Source: Asterias rubens (Eukaryota). From it: a stretch of 64,000 nt of DNA. Both the position numbers and the translations under genes were made by a program. Below are positions 42,101-55,185 of the stretch, piece by piece (the first letter of the stretch is position 1; the number at the start of each line of letters is the position of its first letter). A model generated the notes under the pieces. It saw only the letters and a program-made list of their open reading frames with translations, made no database searches and was not told the origin of the DNA. Location: contig NC_047062.1 in assembly GCF_902459465.1 (NCBI RefSeq), positions 3,658,001 through 3,722,000 on the forward strand, read 5' to 3'.

Positions 42101-43639
42101 AAAACCGAAACCACAATACCACGCACGACCGTGCAAGCAGCAAGCTGGTAGAAGAAAAAGCAAAACAGAAAACAGCCACTGTGAACTTGACTCCATCGGT
42201 CACGTGACTTCTAAACAGGTGTTTCCTTGTCATCTGTCATACCCATTTATGGTTTGGATTGTTTTATATTGGGGGATGATGTGCCTTAACTGGATGTCAT
42301 GGGTCGGCGACATGGAACCCCATGGAGTTGTTTTCAGTTGTGGGTCTCGTGAAAATGGGGGTTTTCTCATGGAAACGCTCTCGTATCCAATCAAATATAA
42401 TATTTGGTCACATTTTTTTTTACATCATGTTTGGAACAGAACTTGTGTTGGTTTTTGTATCATTTTGGGGGAATAAAATTGGGCATTAGTAAATTTTACT
42501 AAAAGAAATAAGAGTTGTACCGAACGTTTTGCGATGTTTTTATATTTTTTTGTATATTATAACCATTTTGTATATTACAATTATTTGAAATCTGCTCGAT
42601 CAAGTCTAATGTCCATGATGCAAATTTGTGACTATAGCTGGCATCATTATGCTAAAGTTTTAGAGCCCCTTAAAGGAACACGTTGCCTTGGATCGGACGA
42701 GTTGGTCTATAAAAAGCGTTTGTAACCAATTTTTATAAAATGCATATGGCTGGAAAGATGTTTTAAAAGTAGAATACAATGATCCACACAAGTAAGCCTC
42801 GAAATTGCGTGGTTTTCCTTTTACTGTGCGAACTAACACGGTCGGCCATTTATGAGTCGTTTTGTTTAAGGATTCCCTTGTTTGAATCGAATAATTGAAA
42901 AGCACTAGAAATTGTGTAGTGCAGAAAGACAAATAAATTGCGTACCGCAACTTATCACAGGAATCCGCCTTTTATCACGTGGATCAAGGACGCGGTTGTT
43001 TTTCATGTGACGACCATGGAAATCTCCCCGTGTAAACAAGCTACACTCCAGTGAGGTGAAGTGGCAAATGCACGGATGCTTACTACCAATTAACACATTT
43101 TTATTCACGAGCCCATCGCCACATTAGTTTACTGATCACTTCATTGTCCATGGTGTATACAATTCGGATTATAGCAGCTTTCGTTTCGTGCTTTAGGAAG
43201 TTTAGGAAGTGAAGAGTCCGCTGTCTTGACATCTTCGCATCGTGACCAGACTATTGTTAAGGGGAGACAGGGAACACTTCAGAACAAACTTTTTTTAAAG
43301 CACCATCTTGCTGTTCAAGTATACGAGGTAGTATACTGGTGACCAAGCAGGCCGAAAAGTAAATTTACAAATAAAAACAGTTCATATTATATGCAATAAA
43401 AAATATATATAAAAATGTAATTGTTTTAAAACTAATTGCAAGACAAGAAGGGAAAAAAATGAAAAAAAAACAAGAAAAAAAGAAAAGGCAAAGGCAAAAT
43501 TTACAGGCAACCAGTTCCAAGCAGTTGAACGTTCTCTTATTTTTCGTGGGGATAGTATATTGTTACGCATGAGCTAACAAAGTTGCTTCCACTCAGGGTA
43601 TCCCAACATGCTAAAAAAAAAAAAAAAAGAATCTATAAC

Positions 43640-43905
43640 AATTTGGGCTCAATATTGGTCAACGAAGATGCAAGAGATTAATGAAAAAAAACACACTAGT
43701 TGAACAAATTGTTCCGCTTGTAGATGACTATTATAAATATCTCTGTCTAAGGTATTTTATTATTTTGTAGTGAGAAATTACCGCTTTCTCTAAAACTACG
43801 TCAGAGGGAGCCGTTGCGCACAATGTGTTATCCTATCAATAGCTCTCCATTGCTGATACCAAGTAGTAAGTTTTTTTGAGTAATTACCAAGTGTTCAGTG
43901 CCTTC
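43640..43905 (-). mobile_element. Kolobok-like MITE family A, degenerate
   Basis: tcagagggagccgttgcgcacaatg...gagtaattaccaagtgttcagtgcctt; similar remnants at about 38730-38990, 56320-56460 and 62540-62710. Confidence 0.6.
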
Positions 43906-44888
43906 AACATCAATTATTTTCTTTCTAACACGATCATGATGACACCCTTATTACTTAGATACCCATGGCATGCAGCACAGTCACACGGGTGTACGGTTTG
44001 ACAGATACTGAACAATGAATCATGGCTTGGACATGTTTATTGTTTTAAACCCAAAATGGCGGCAACGACATATACAAAAAATGAGCTGTATATGTTCATT
44101 AACGACCGTAAATCAAAAACACAGGCCATCTTGTTTGGCGACTTGGCCCATGCCCTGTTCTAGATAACAACAGCGATCCAACTAGATATATGGGGTGGTT
44201 TGGCGGTAAACCACAGTGGTGAGGCAAAGTAGAACTTAAGTTTCTGGAAACGTTCAATTGATTTAAATCTGAATAATCAGATAGATCTACAAATAAACTC
44301 ACATGTGAAAACTTCATTTTAAAATCGTTTTTGAGATATCGTAGAACATCAGGAGCGAATAAGTTATTCGCCCCGGATGTTCTACGATGTTTCTCGATAA
44401 GATTATTGTTCCTGTAATGGGTTATTCGGAATAATTCGGAATAACCCATTACAGGAATAATAATCTTATACACAACCCGAGAAACGTTGCTGACAACAAT
44501 GTCAGTACTGAATGTGAGAAGGCTAATGAGAGTGACACCCGTCAGTATTTTGTATGATAATACATTTCTGATTTTTCTGTGCCACGATCATTATCCGAAA
44601 AAACACAGTCATGCATCCAAAACAATTGTGAAGACAACGAGAGCCCAATTTTATAAAGCCTGCCAAGCACAAAAACCTGCTAATTGTGAGGACCTTCTTT
44701 AAAAAAGTAGGTCTACCAATATTGTGGGTAACGGCAAGCTCGTAACGAGAACCATTCACAGATGCCAACAACTTAAGCAACTCAACTTACACCGCGTATG
44801 AAGAAAATTAAATCAAAATCTTGCAATGAATTCCTCTGGGACTTCAGCTGCGGGTCTCAACTTTTTCATCGTGGCAACAAACAATCAG

Positions 44889-45083
44889 AGCCCAATTTCA
44901 TAAAGCCTGCAAAAGCACAAAAAACCTGCTAAGCACAGAAAACTCTTGCTTAGTAAAAAGTATGTTACCAGCCAAAATATCGTACATTTACCATTGATGT
45001 GACAGGTACCCTAATCATTTCTTGCTTAGCAAAGTAATTTGCAAAGCAACATTTTCTGCTGAACAGCTTTATGAAATTGGGCC
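44889..45083. mobile_element. GGCCC-ended MITE (Harbinger-like)
   Basis: CAG|agcccaatttcataaag...ctttatgaaattgggcc|CTG; partial copy at about 44640-44760. Confidence 0.68.
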
Positions 45084-45750
45084 CTGATGAGTCCATGACC
45101 CGTTGCATCATTTCCCTTCTTATCACTGCGTCAAGCCACCAGATGTTGAAGTCGTCCAGCAGAAGGCCCATAAACAGAGACTGGAGGGCCATGTTTGTAT
45201 CATCCAAAAACACCGGCAGGTTGCTATCTCGTTGGACACTTGGGCTTGTGTATCACATCGTTAAATATCAGCGTCAGTTTTATTAAAGGGAATACACTGT
45301 TTGTACTGATAGAGAACAGACATATTGTACCATGAGGTTATCATAATTATTTGAAAATGATAAAGAGAGCAATAAAAACGGGTCCCTGAACGAAGTTATG
45401 TATTCTACTCTTCAACCTTTTTCTACCATGCATTTTATAACAAACGGTTTCAAACGCCTTTCATAGACCAACTTGCCCCTTTAATTATTGTAACGAACAC
45501 GATGACGTCATCAACAATGACAGCGAATATTCACGTTATTTCGAAATAGGACGACATTGTGACCAACAATTGTGTCTGTTGATCAATGATGCTGACATTG
45601 ATGGTTATAAATCAAGCTGTGGGCTATAAAATTTATTTATTTAATTTGCACTTCAATCCAACAGGTGTTCTATCTCTATTGCTATTATCAGAATTATAGA
45701 TTGCTCCGAGACCATCGGTGTTGGTTCTGGTGCCACAAATAGTGGGCCTT

Positions 45751-45985
45751 CACTGCAAAAACTGGGGTTAAATTTGACACCATTGGTGTTGTCACATTAC
45801 CGAAGAGGGAATCAAAATTAACATCATAGGGTGTTAAAATAACACCACTGTATTTGCTTTAGCAGAAATTAGTGTTATTTTAACACCACGTGGTGTATAT
45901 TTTGATTCTCCTTTCGTTATATAATAGGCCTATATTATGTGACGAAACCCCATGGGTGTCAAATTTAACACCCAGTTTTGCAGTG
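45751..45985. mobile_element. CACTG-ended MITE
   Basis: cactgcaaaaactggggttaaatttgacacc...ggtgtcaaatttaacacccagttttgcagtg; an internal fragment recurs inverted at about 53740-53835. Confidence 0.68.
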
Positions 45986-48424
45986 CACGGGGACTGTTTA
46001 AATCCGCTTGAATTAACTACAGCACCAGTATCATACATGTAACCATATTTGTTCCATGATGTAACTTGTAATTGGTGGCACAACACTTCTTAAAGTTAAT
46101 CCGAATGATCGAATAATTAGTAAAAAATAGTAAACTCACCTCAATATAAGAATGTTTTATGAAAAGGGAACTCTAAACCCGAATTAAGCTTGTCTTAGTA
46201 TATAGAGAAAGGACTGTGGTGAGTGGTCATTCTCTATGTTCTAATCATGGTTTAATAATAATTGAATACCATCACTCAAGTACAACATTTAGGAAAGGCA
46301 AGCGAGTACACATAAAACTCTCACGGGGATAAAGACCCCAAACCCATTAATGATAACCCCTATAATGTCTTTGCCATCAATCGATCAACACACAGGCAGA
46401 CGGTTTGCCGAGTTGCTGACCATTCAGATACGGAGATACCGAAAGTCTGGGAGACGGGGACCCAGAGCAAATGGACACAGGACATGAGGATCGGTCAGAC
46501 CATGGAGTAAACAGTGCACAATCGATCTGCGGTTCTTGCGGTCACTGAGAAAAAGGTTTCCCCTAAATCTCTGCTGAATACCTCCACTCTACCAACCCTC
46601 AAGCTCAATCCTTGTTCTACAGTGAAGCAAATGGAAAGATTGCCCATGATCGTTTCAAGAGCCTGGACCTAGTGTTTGCCCACAGATCTCCAGTGAGTTT
46701 GCTTATGGTTTTACGCCAGCCCACATCACACACATAACACATCAAACCCACCAAACTTTTTATATTATCAGCAAATTGCATATGGCTCGTAGTGTCAATA
46801 CGTACTTTGTGCCCGAATTCAGGGACTTGTTATACGCACATACCAACACAGGGGCTGCATTTATCAAGAGTAAACATGCCACATGTGCTGAAATGATTAC
46901 GGATACAGGCAATTGTGATCAAGTCTAATGTATTCTTCTGTAAAGACAGATGCTAAAATACTGACATATTGAGCGTCGTGAAACGCATTAGATTTGGGCA
47001 TGGTCAGAATCGCAAAAGTCAGAACGTTTGATTTGTTTTATTACCTGGGAGCATCTCGGAGCATGGAGGAAGGCTCGGACTCGGCGCGACTTTATATTCC
47101 AAGCTGTATATCTTATTTTTGTTGTCATCAAACTAAATTGATAAAAACAATGACAGTTATGCCCAATACTCAAAACTCAGTGCAAATTATGCAATGACTT
47201 AGGGCTCAGGGGCCTTCAATTCTCAAAGCAATTAAGGTGATCGACTGAATCGCAAGGCATCATAAATATTCAGTAAGGATGGCGGCATTTCTGCAAACTC
47301 TAGTTAGGCTTGATATTATGATCTTGACTTCTTGCGGTAGAAACCCTTCCCTCTTTTGTTTAGGCTTATAACTAAATACAACTTAACAATTCGAGATTTT
47401 ATTAGGAGAGTGTAGCGCCACTGGCAACGAAGAGATAGGTAATTGCGCACCAAATACGTTATATGCATAATGTGAATGTCATTAAGGCCCCCTTTTAACT
47501 CCTTCAGCCAATAAGGCCTCTGAAAATACCTCCCCCGTTCTGTACCAAGCCGTGTAACCCTGAAAATAAGGCACCATTGACTGAACACTTGCAATACAAC
47601 CAGTCAACCACACACAGGGCAACCTGTTAGGGTTTTTAAATCCCCCCTATTCAAAAACCCAATGCAAAACGTGCACAATGAAAGATCGGATTCCTACAGT
47701 AGGCAGCATCCCAGTGACGTCACCTAATCGATTGCCCGATCAACCGGAAACCTTATCAATACAATTTACCCAAAGAGGTGAAACGCTGAAGGTAATAGTT
47801 TATAATTCAGAGTGAATGCTTGTGAAGAACTTATCCTAACCAACTTGTTTAGCAAACTATACGATAGTTGGCTACACAAACACCATCTTCGTATTGTCCG
47901 ACGACAATGTCCTTCTGACAAACAAGCCCATCTTGGTTCTATTTCAAAATATACTAAAGAATGGCGAGCGAGAAAAAAAACCTCCGTTAATGCCGCAATA
48001 CTTTGAGTTGGCATTTAGCCAAATAAAATAATAAAGTCTGTACATTACACAATCTGTTTATCGCACCACGATCATACCCCTATGCAGTGGTGCGATCCGA
48101 TGCTGCAAACAAGTGACCCAAAAGACCGCTCCGTGTGTAGAAATGACTGACGAGGCAAATTTCATGTTTTCAGATGGAATTTAATTTCTGACGAACCGGA
48201 TTTTGATGTTTCCCGAAGGACTGACAAAAACATAAATTGAGACCAGATGCAAGTTGGTGGTTGAACGTGGTGCGCATCTACTAACCACTGAACACTCTTA
48301 ATTCATAGAGAAAGGACAACATGTTTCTCTAGGCTTAATTGCAGTGGTGGAATTTCTTAACAGGTGTTTGTACAAAACACTGTTTTTATTATTATTATGC
48401 TCAATTCTTTCTCTAAACCTAAAC

Positions 48425-48504
48425 ACTGGCTTTATTAATCCGAATTTGAGAATTCTGTTCCTGAAAACTGGCTTTATTAATCCGAATTTGAGAATTCTGT
48501 TCCT
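48425..48504. repeat. Direct duplication, 42-bp period
   Basis: actggctttattaatccgaatttgagaattctgttcct at 48425 and 48467. Confidence 0.9.
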
Positions 48505-50346
48505 TAACTGACGGTAAAAGTAGGACTAAGAGTAACAAGAAAAGTAGTGTTTGTAAATAACACAAACACAATAAGTGTTCGGTTTGTCAAGGAAAATTAT
48601 AAGTTAGGCTTGTGACCAAGATGATGCTACGAAGAAATGTTTTATACTCCCATTTCGTAGTGTATGGATAATGGAACTGATGGCAGAAAAACTTCAAAAT
48701 GTTTTCAGCAAAATAGTACAGTTCCCATTTCATAAATAATGAAAAGGGTCGAGGAAGAAGTTTTAAACTGTTTTGAAATTGTAACAGGTTTTTAGCGAAG
48801 TGTTAGCCTATCTCACAGGATACAGCCACACACACCTGTAACAGTTGCAAGCAACTCGGGGGTTCTGGTAATAATATGCGCACTCTAGCGTGGCATGCTT
48901 GGGCCATAAATAATATTAACCTTGAAATGCTACAACTCCTGTTCATTTATTGATAGTGAACAGCCATTTAGCAAAGGGCTGATGAATAACAATCCAAAGA
49001 GATAAAAGTCACCAACTAGTTTTCAGTAAAGACTTAGTTTTCATTGCTCCATGATGTTAATTGTTCTTAAGACCTTGGATTATGTAATACTTGATGTTCT
49101 CAAGGACCTTGTGGATTGGATTATCATGGAGGTTAGATAATACTTGAAGTTCTCAAGACTTTTAATTACTTTAGGAGAGTATTCAACCCTTGCACAATGA
49201 TTCAACGAAGACTGTTCAAGAATTTCCAGCGTCACCCACAACCTCGTACCATTCTGAAACACAACGTCGATAACATATTAGAGTGGATTTATAACCTACC
49301 AAAATAAATACGACAACTCAAACCTCAAACCAAACAGTCGAACAGCAACCATGCTTCAAAATCACAACAAAGACCCTGGTTATGGGTCGTTGGGTTTCCA
49401 CATTCCCGTAAAAGAGTTCTTTTTCTTGCCCCGCAAAACCGAAGCCTGCCTTGAATACAACAAATGAATTGTCATGATTGCGTAAGGACACCAGAAACCC
49501 CCATAAACAACTTACCACGCGGCGTGGATTCCCGCCTAACGCACCACGTGGTCTTCAAAAGCAAACAGCAGTCGAGTTTTTCTCTATGGTGTGACATTCA
49601 ATGGCAACTTCGGGCTCTTTTTTGTAGTGAAGGAAAACAGTCGTGTGTTAAAAAGAGTTCAGCTGTTTCACGTTGAGGCATTTAACCGAATCGCTGAAGC
49701 AGGTGTACGGAGACAAGAATTTAAAGGGCTTTCGCCAGGGGTGTCATATCACACGGTGTTCCACATTCCCCAGTCGAGAAATTCCTTTGCTCTCTTTATT
49801 AATGGTCGAGTAATTAAAACCTGTTCCGAATTGACATTATTGCAGGCAATCAGCATGAATGCGAGTGGTTTTACCATGCATGGATTGTAAAATTAAGTTT
49901 GTGGAGTGTGTAGTAAAACTTTAAGTTGCGCTCCTCGTTGTCGAAATGCGGCTGATGGATATCTCATTCTCTCATTAGTATAAACGACGTTATTTTAGGA
50001 GTATGTTTTAGCCCTCTGAACTTATGGAGTAGGGCCTATATTTAGCTGTCTGGACCTCGATTTGAGCTACCTCCATGATTTGAGGGTGTTAAACCATAGA
50101 TCATGTGGACAGATATGCAGTGGGAAAACAGGGTTGAAAAGTGAACTGTCCAAATGTGTTGCCCTCTTCGTCTGCAAAAATGGACAGTGATGAGTGTCAC
50201 AAAGTTGCTTAACCAGACCCGAGTTAGGACTAGTCCTAGAAAATATTAAAAAACGTATGGCTAGTCCTATATGATGAGGACCGTCCTAACCATAGAGAAA
50301 GGAGTTTTGTTCTTTCTCTATGTCTTGAAGATAAGACTAGTCTTAA

Positions 50347-50723
50347 TGCCAGTGGACACTATTGGTAAATGTCAAACACCGGTTTTCTCACTTTGTGTAC
50401 CTCAACATATGCATGAAATAACAAACCTGTGAAAATTTGAGCTCGAGTGGTCATCGGAGTTGCGAGATAATAATGAAAGAAAAAACACCCTTGTCACACG
50501 AAGTTGTGTGCGTTTAGATGGTTGATTTCGAGACCTCAAATTCTAAACTTGAGGTCTCGAAATCAATTTCGTAGAAAATTACTTCTTTCTCGAAAACTAC
50601 TCCACTTCAGAGGGAGCCGTTTCTCAAAATGTTTTATACTACCAACCTCTCCCCATTACTCGCTACCAAGTAAGGTTTTATGCTAATAATTATTTTGAGT
50701 AATTACAATAGTGTCCACTGCCT
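50347..50723 (-). mobile_element. Kolobok-like MITE family A inside a fold-back MITE remnant
   Basis: TTAA at 50343-50346 and 50724-50727. Confidence 0.8.
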
Positions 50724-51077
50724 TTAACTCTATGTCCTGAAGATAAGACTAGTCTTAACTCTTTGTGAAATCCCCCCAGTGCTGTTTATAGAGAGAGTTT
50801 TTTAACAATGGGGGACCAGATTTCTTTGGTCACGTGGTTCGTTGATGCCATTTCGTTCCAAAATGAAGTACAACCTGGCGGCACTACCCCCCCCCCCCCC
50901 TCACACACTAGAATTACCAACCTAGAAAAAGTCCAGATTAGTTTTTTTTAAGGATTCCATTTTTTTAAAATCGATTTAGAAGAACACAAAAATCCCCATT
51001 GAAAAGCGCTACGACGGTGGCAAATCTTGTGCGGAAAAATGGCAACCCGACGTGATGATATAGTTTCGTATACTTAA

Positions 51078-51601
51078 AGTCACCTGGAAGTGGTATTTTT
51101 TCAAAATAAAGCTTTTGTCACTAATATATGTGTTTTGATGAGTGGAATGTGAATAAACAGTTAACTAAGGTTTTACAAAATCAGTTCTTATGTTATTTAC
51201 AAATTTAAGAGTAGACCCAGACCCGAGAGGGCGCTGTTCGTGACGTCAATCGAGGCAGACTTTGCCTGTAATGCGTAGAGTAAACACAATTGCAAAGTAC
51301 ATGTACGGACCAAGTCGTGAGTTTGTACGTTTCAACTGAATACAGAAAAACACTTTTTGAAATGTACCAACTCACGACTTGGACGTACATGTACTTTGCA
51401 CGTGTGTTTACTATACGCATTGCAGGCAAAGTCTGTCTCGATTGACGTCACAAAAGGGGTAGGCGGAGTTAGCCCCCAAACAACTTTATATATTTTTTAA
51501 ACATATAAATCGTGACAAACAATTACTAAACAAATTGTTTTATTGTTCGTAAGCATATACTCTTATGTTTGAAAGAGAAAAACATCTATTTCCAGGTGAC
51601 T
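51078..51601. mobile_element. Kolobok-like MITE family C with an internal long hairpin
   Basis: TTAA|AGTCACCTGGAA...TTCCAGGTGACT|TTAA. Confidence 0.82.
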
Positions 51602-51723
51602 TTAAGCTTGAAATACATGCATATGTTTTTTGACCGTAAATTTGCTTCTAATCACAAGTTGTATACTGTAACTCCCTCAATAATACACTAGCATAATACA
51701 TCACTCATCTAAACTTTTATTAA

Positions 51724-52091
51724 GAGACACTGTACACTATTGGTAATACTGTCAAAGACCAGTCTTGTCACTTGGTGTATCTCAACAAAGGCACAAAATA
51801 ACAAACCTGTGAAAATGTGAGCTCAATCGGTCGACGAAGTTGCGAGATACAATAATGAAAGAGAAAAAAAACCTTTGTCACACGAAGTTGTGTGCTTTCA
51901 GATGCTTGATTTCGAGACCTCCAAATCCATTCTGAGGTCTCAAAATCAAATTCATTGAAAAATACTTCTGTCTTCAGAGGGAGCCGTTTCTCACATTGTC
52001 TTATACTATCAACAGCTCCCCATTACTCTTTACCAAGTAAGGTTTCATGCCAAAAATCATTTTGAGTAATTATCAATAGTGTCCACTGCTT
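51724..52091 (-). mobile_element. Kolobok-like MITE family A
   Basis: TTAA at 51720-51723 and 52092-52095. Confidence 0.78.
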
Positions 52092-52737
52092 TTAATAAGT
52101 CAAAGCAATATGACGAGGCGATCCCTGATCATCAATCTATAGCCCACACTGTGGGGGATCGAATTCAGGATGTAGAATATGGTAGAATCAAACAGTATAA
52201 CAGAGCAGGAACGAAGCCTGAGAGCGTTGTTGTCCTTGCTCAAAACAAATATTACATAACTGGCAGAACTTTAAATAGAACTTATTTCTTTGAGAGGGGC
52301 AAGTATGTACAATTGGTTCAATACGCTTAGCTTAATCATACCACAAGGTTGGATCATGGTTGCAGAGTTTGGGATGACTGAAAAAGGGTGGTGTACTTTT
52401 TTATCGATATCACATTGTCTGTGATCTCGTTTGACGCAATGCTGATTACGAGTTCCAAATTCCAATAGTCATGATAAGTGTTCGCCACGGTACAAAAACT
52501 GAAATATTAATGGTGTATTATCAATGATAAACTGCTCATTCAAAGGTTACACTGTCTTCTATAACTCAAAACTAGGCCTACCTCATCGAACATCCCTAAT
52601 CACGTAAACAACAAGATATAAGATTGTGCGTGTTTCAAATGAAACCAAAAAAACATACGCACATTTTCGACAAATAGGAAAAAAGTTTCAGAAAAGACCA
52701 ATCTTTATAGGCCAACAGTTAAACAAAATCCTTAATA

Positions 52738-53117
52738 GGAACACGTTGCCTTGGATCGGTCGAGTTGGTCTTTGAAAAGCGTGTGAAACCGTTTGTTATG
52801 AAATGCATATGGTTAGAAAGATGTTGGAAAAGTAGAATACAATAATCCACACAAACATGCCACGAAATTGCGTGGTTTTCGTTGTACTTTGCGAAGTTGA
52901 ACGTGGTTAATTTCGTTGTACTTTGCGAATTGAATTTCATAAATGGCCGACCGTGTTAGTCGACAGGGTAAAAGGAAACCACGCAATATCGAGGCACATT
53001 TGTGTGGATCATTAATTGTATTCTGCTTTTAAAACCTCTTTCTGAACATGCATCTTATAACAAACGGTTACAAATGCTTTGTATAGACCAACTCGTCTAC
53101 ACGGCAACTTGTTCCTT
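52738..53117 (+). mobile_element. Kolobok-like MITE family E
   Basis: aggaacacgttgccttggatcgg...acggcaacttgttcct. A second copy lies at about 42673-43000, a left-end fragment at about 14397-14431 and a right-end fragment at about 45430-45480. Confidence 0.7.
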
Positions 53118-54902
53118 TATTCACGTAAACAACAAGATAAATGAGATTATGGAGGTTTCAAATGAACACCCCCCACCATATTATTGATGCACAACTTTTA
53201 AACAAAATATAAAAAAGTTTCAAAAACGACCTATCTTATCAACGAATTTTAATTTATAAATTTAATTGAACGCTGCGTAATCTATGATGTGTGTCCCCCA
53301 CACCACAACATAAAAGTTCAACATCGTGTGCTCTATAGGCATGCATACACAAGGAATTGATAAATATCTACGCGAAGGCCAGGTTTCAAAACGTCAAATT
53401 TGGTTGAATATTCTGATGACTTCACGTCCACTTTTCGCGCGAACACGGACACTGCCAAAGACCGTGGGGAAAACTTCCTTCATATTTTTGAGCCCAGCGT
53501 CTGTCTTACCATGGTATGTGTAGTGTCTAACGTGACGATGTCATATAACACACAGGTTGAAAAACAGGCCTCGGTGTGCTTCTTCTTCTTATTTTTATGT
53601 CATGTATGGAGTTATCGTTGAGCTACTTGGATTAACTAAAACACCAACAAAATAGCTCCAAACTCACTCACCAAAAACATGCACCATGAGTGTTGTCAAA
53701 CATAGATACAGTAAAATAATAATAATAATAATCAACATTTACACAAAGATGTTAAAATAACACTTACTTCTGTTAAAAAATTACAATGGTGTTATTTTAA
53801 CACCCTATGATGTTAATGTTGATTCTTTCTTCGGTATCTATTTGTCACAAACACCCAAGCTGTTTGCACTGAGATGCCGATACAAGTCAAGTTCCCACAG
53901 TTTCTTAACTTTGTGCAACCGTAAAACTTTAAAGTTTAACGGCATTCAATCACAGACATGAACGTTCCGTGATTCAATCTGACTGATCCTGCTTTTCTCG
54001 GATCTAAAGTGCATTCAACCTGATGACACAACTCCGGAACATTGTCATTAAATTAAACAAGGAATCGTTGGGAGTAATCCGAGAGATGAACCTATATCCC
54101 TACATGCTAATTGGAAGGATTAATCATAACACAAACAAGGGGGGCTTAGGAACTTGACGTGAAGTTGCAGCTCATAACAGGTGGGATAAGTATATTATAA
54201 TACTTGAATAAAGATGTACATCATTTTTAATTATATATGTGGATGAAAAATTGTGCAAAAGGGCAATCTTGTTAAATGGTTCGGCTACATGCCGCCAAGA
54301 TGTCCAATTGTGTATAATTGTGTATGCTTCTTGTTGTACATAACATTTAGGGAAATGTTTGGAAAAAATGTTTGGTAAAAATGTTTGCTAAAAATGACAT
54401 TTGTTGACCCTTACAAATTGAATCAATCAAAGAAGCGTCTTTGAACAATTAAACAAAAAAACACAGGTATACTTTCCTTCTATGGTAAACCATACCTTCC
54501 TCCATGGTCTGATTTGTGTGTGTGGGGGGGGGGGGGGGGGTCACGTGAACCTCAACAGCATTTGAAATAGCATATACAGCATACTTTGTGGTAGATTTAT
54601 TAAACAAATTTGTTGGTCTTAACTTTTTTTTGTAAAACCTCGAAATCTGAATGTCTCGGAAACAGAAAAGTCTTCAACAAGATTAATATGTGACTACACC
54701 GTAAATATGGGGAGGGTCAAGTGGGAGAGGCGGATCGCCATGAAGGGGTGCACCATAATTGAAGGTTAATATTGTGGTGAAAACTTTTAAACCAAATACA
54801 CAAGAAACAACAATAATGCTAAATATAGAACGTCATGTATTGTCAGCATTGGGGCGTTCTCGTCATTCAATTCATTGACAGTGCGATGACAATAAGCTTC
54901 AC

Positions 54903-55185
54903 AAGTCGACCCATAGAGCGAGAAATCACCTGACCATTGCATCACTGTGTATGAGTCCACTCGTCCTTATCGGAGTCGTCCCACCCGATAGAGCGAGAAA
55001 TCACTTGAACCTTGCATCACTGCGCAGTCAACTCGTCCTTATCGGAGTCGACCACTCTAAGCGAGACGTCACCTGACCGTTGCATCACTGTATAGTCAAC
55101 CCGTCCTTATCGGAGTCGACCCATCCATAGAGCGAGAAGTCACCCGACCATTGCACCACTGTGTAGTCAACTCGACCTTATCAGC
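54903..55185. repeat. Minisatellite, about 70-bp unit x4
   Basis: agtcgacccatagagcgagaaatcacctgaccattgcatcactg...gtccttatcgg at about 54905, 54975, 55045 and 55113. Confidence 0.9.

Noticed and set aside
44099-44473. 124-aa ORF on the - strand
   Set aside because: No recognisable motif or splice context; consistent with a chance ORF.
46380-46700. Possible degenerate coding fragment (...SAEYLHSTNPQAQSLFYSEANGKIAHDRFKSLDLVFAHRSP|gtgagt)
   Set aside because: Short open frames with stops nearby and no family recognised; needs BLASTX.
52079-52465. Overlapping 83-aa (+) and 64-aa (-) ORFs
   Set aside because: The + ORF starts inside a MITE TIR, and neither resembles a known protein.
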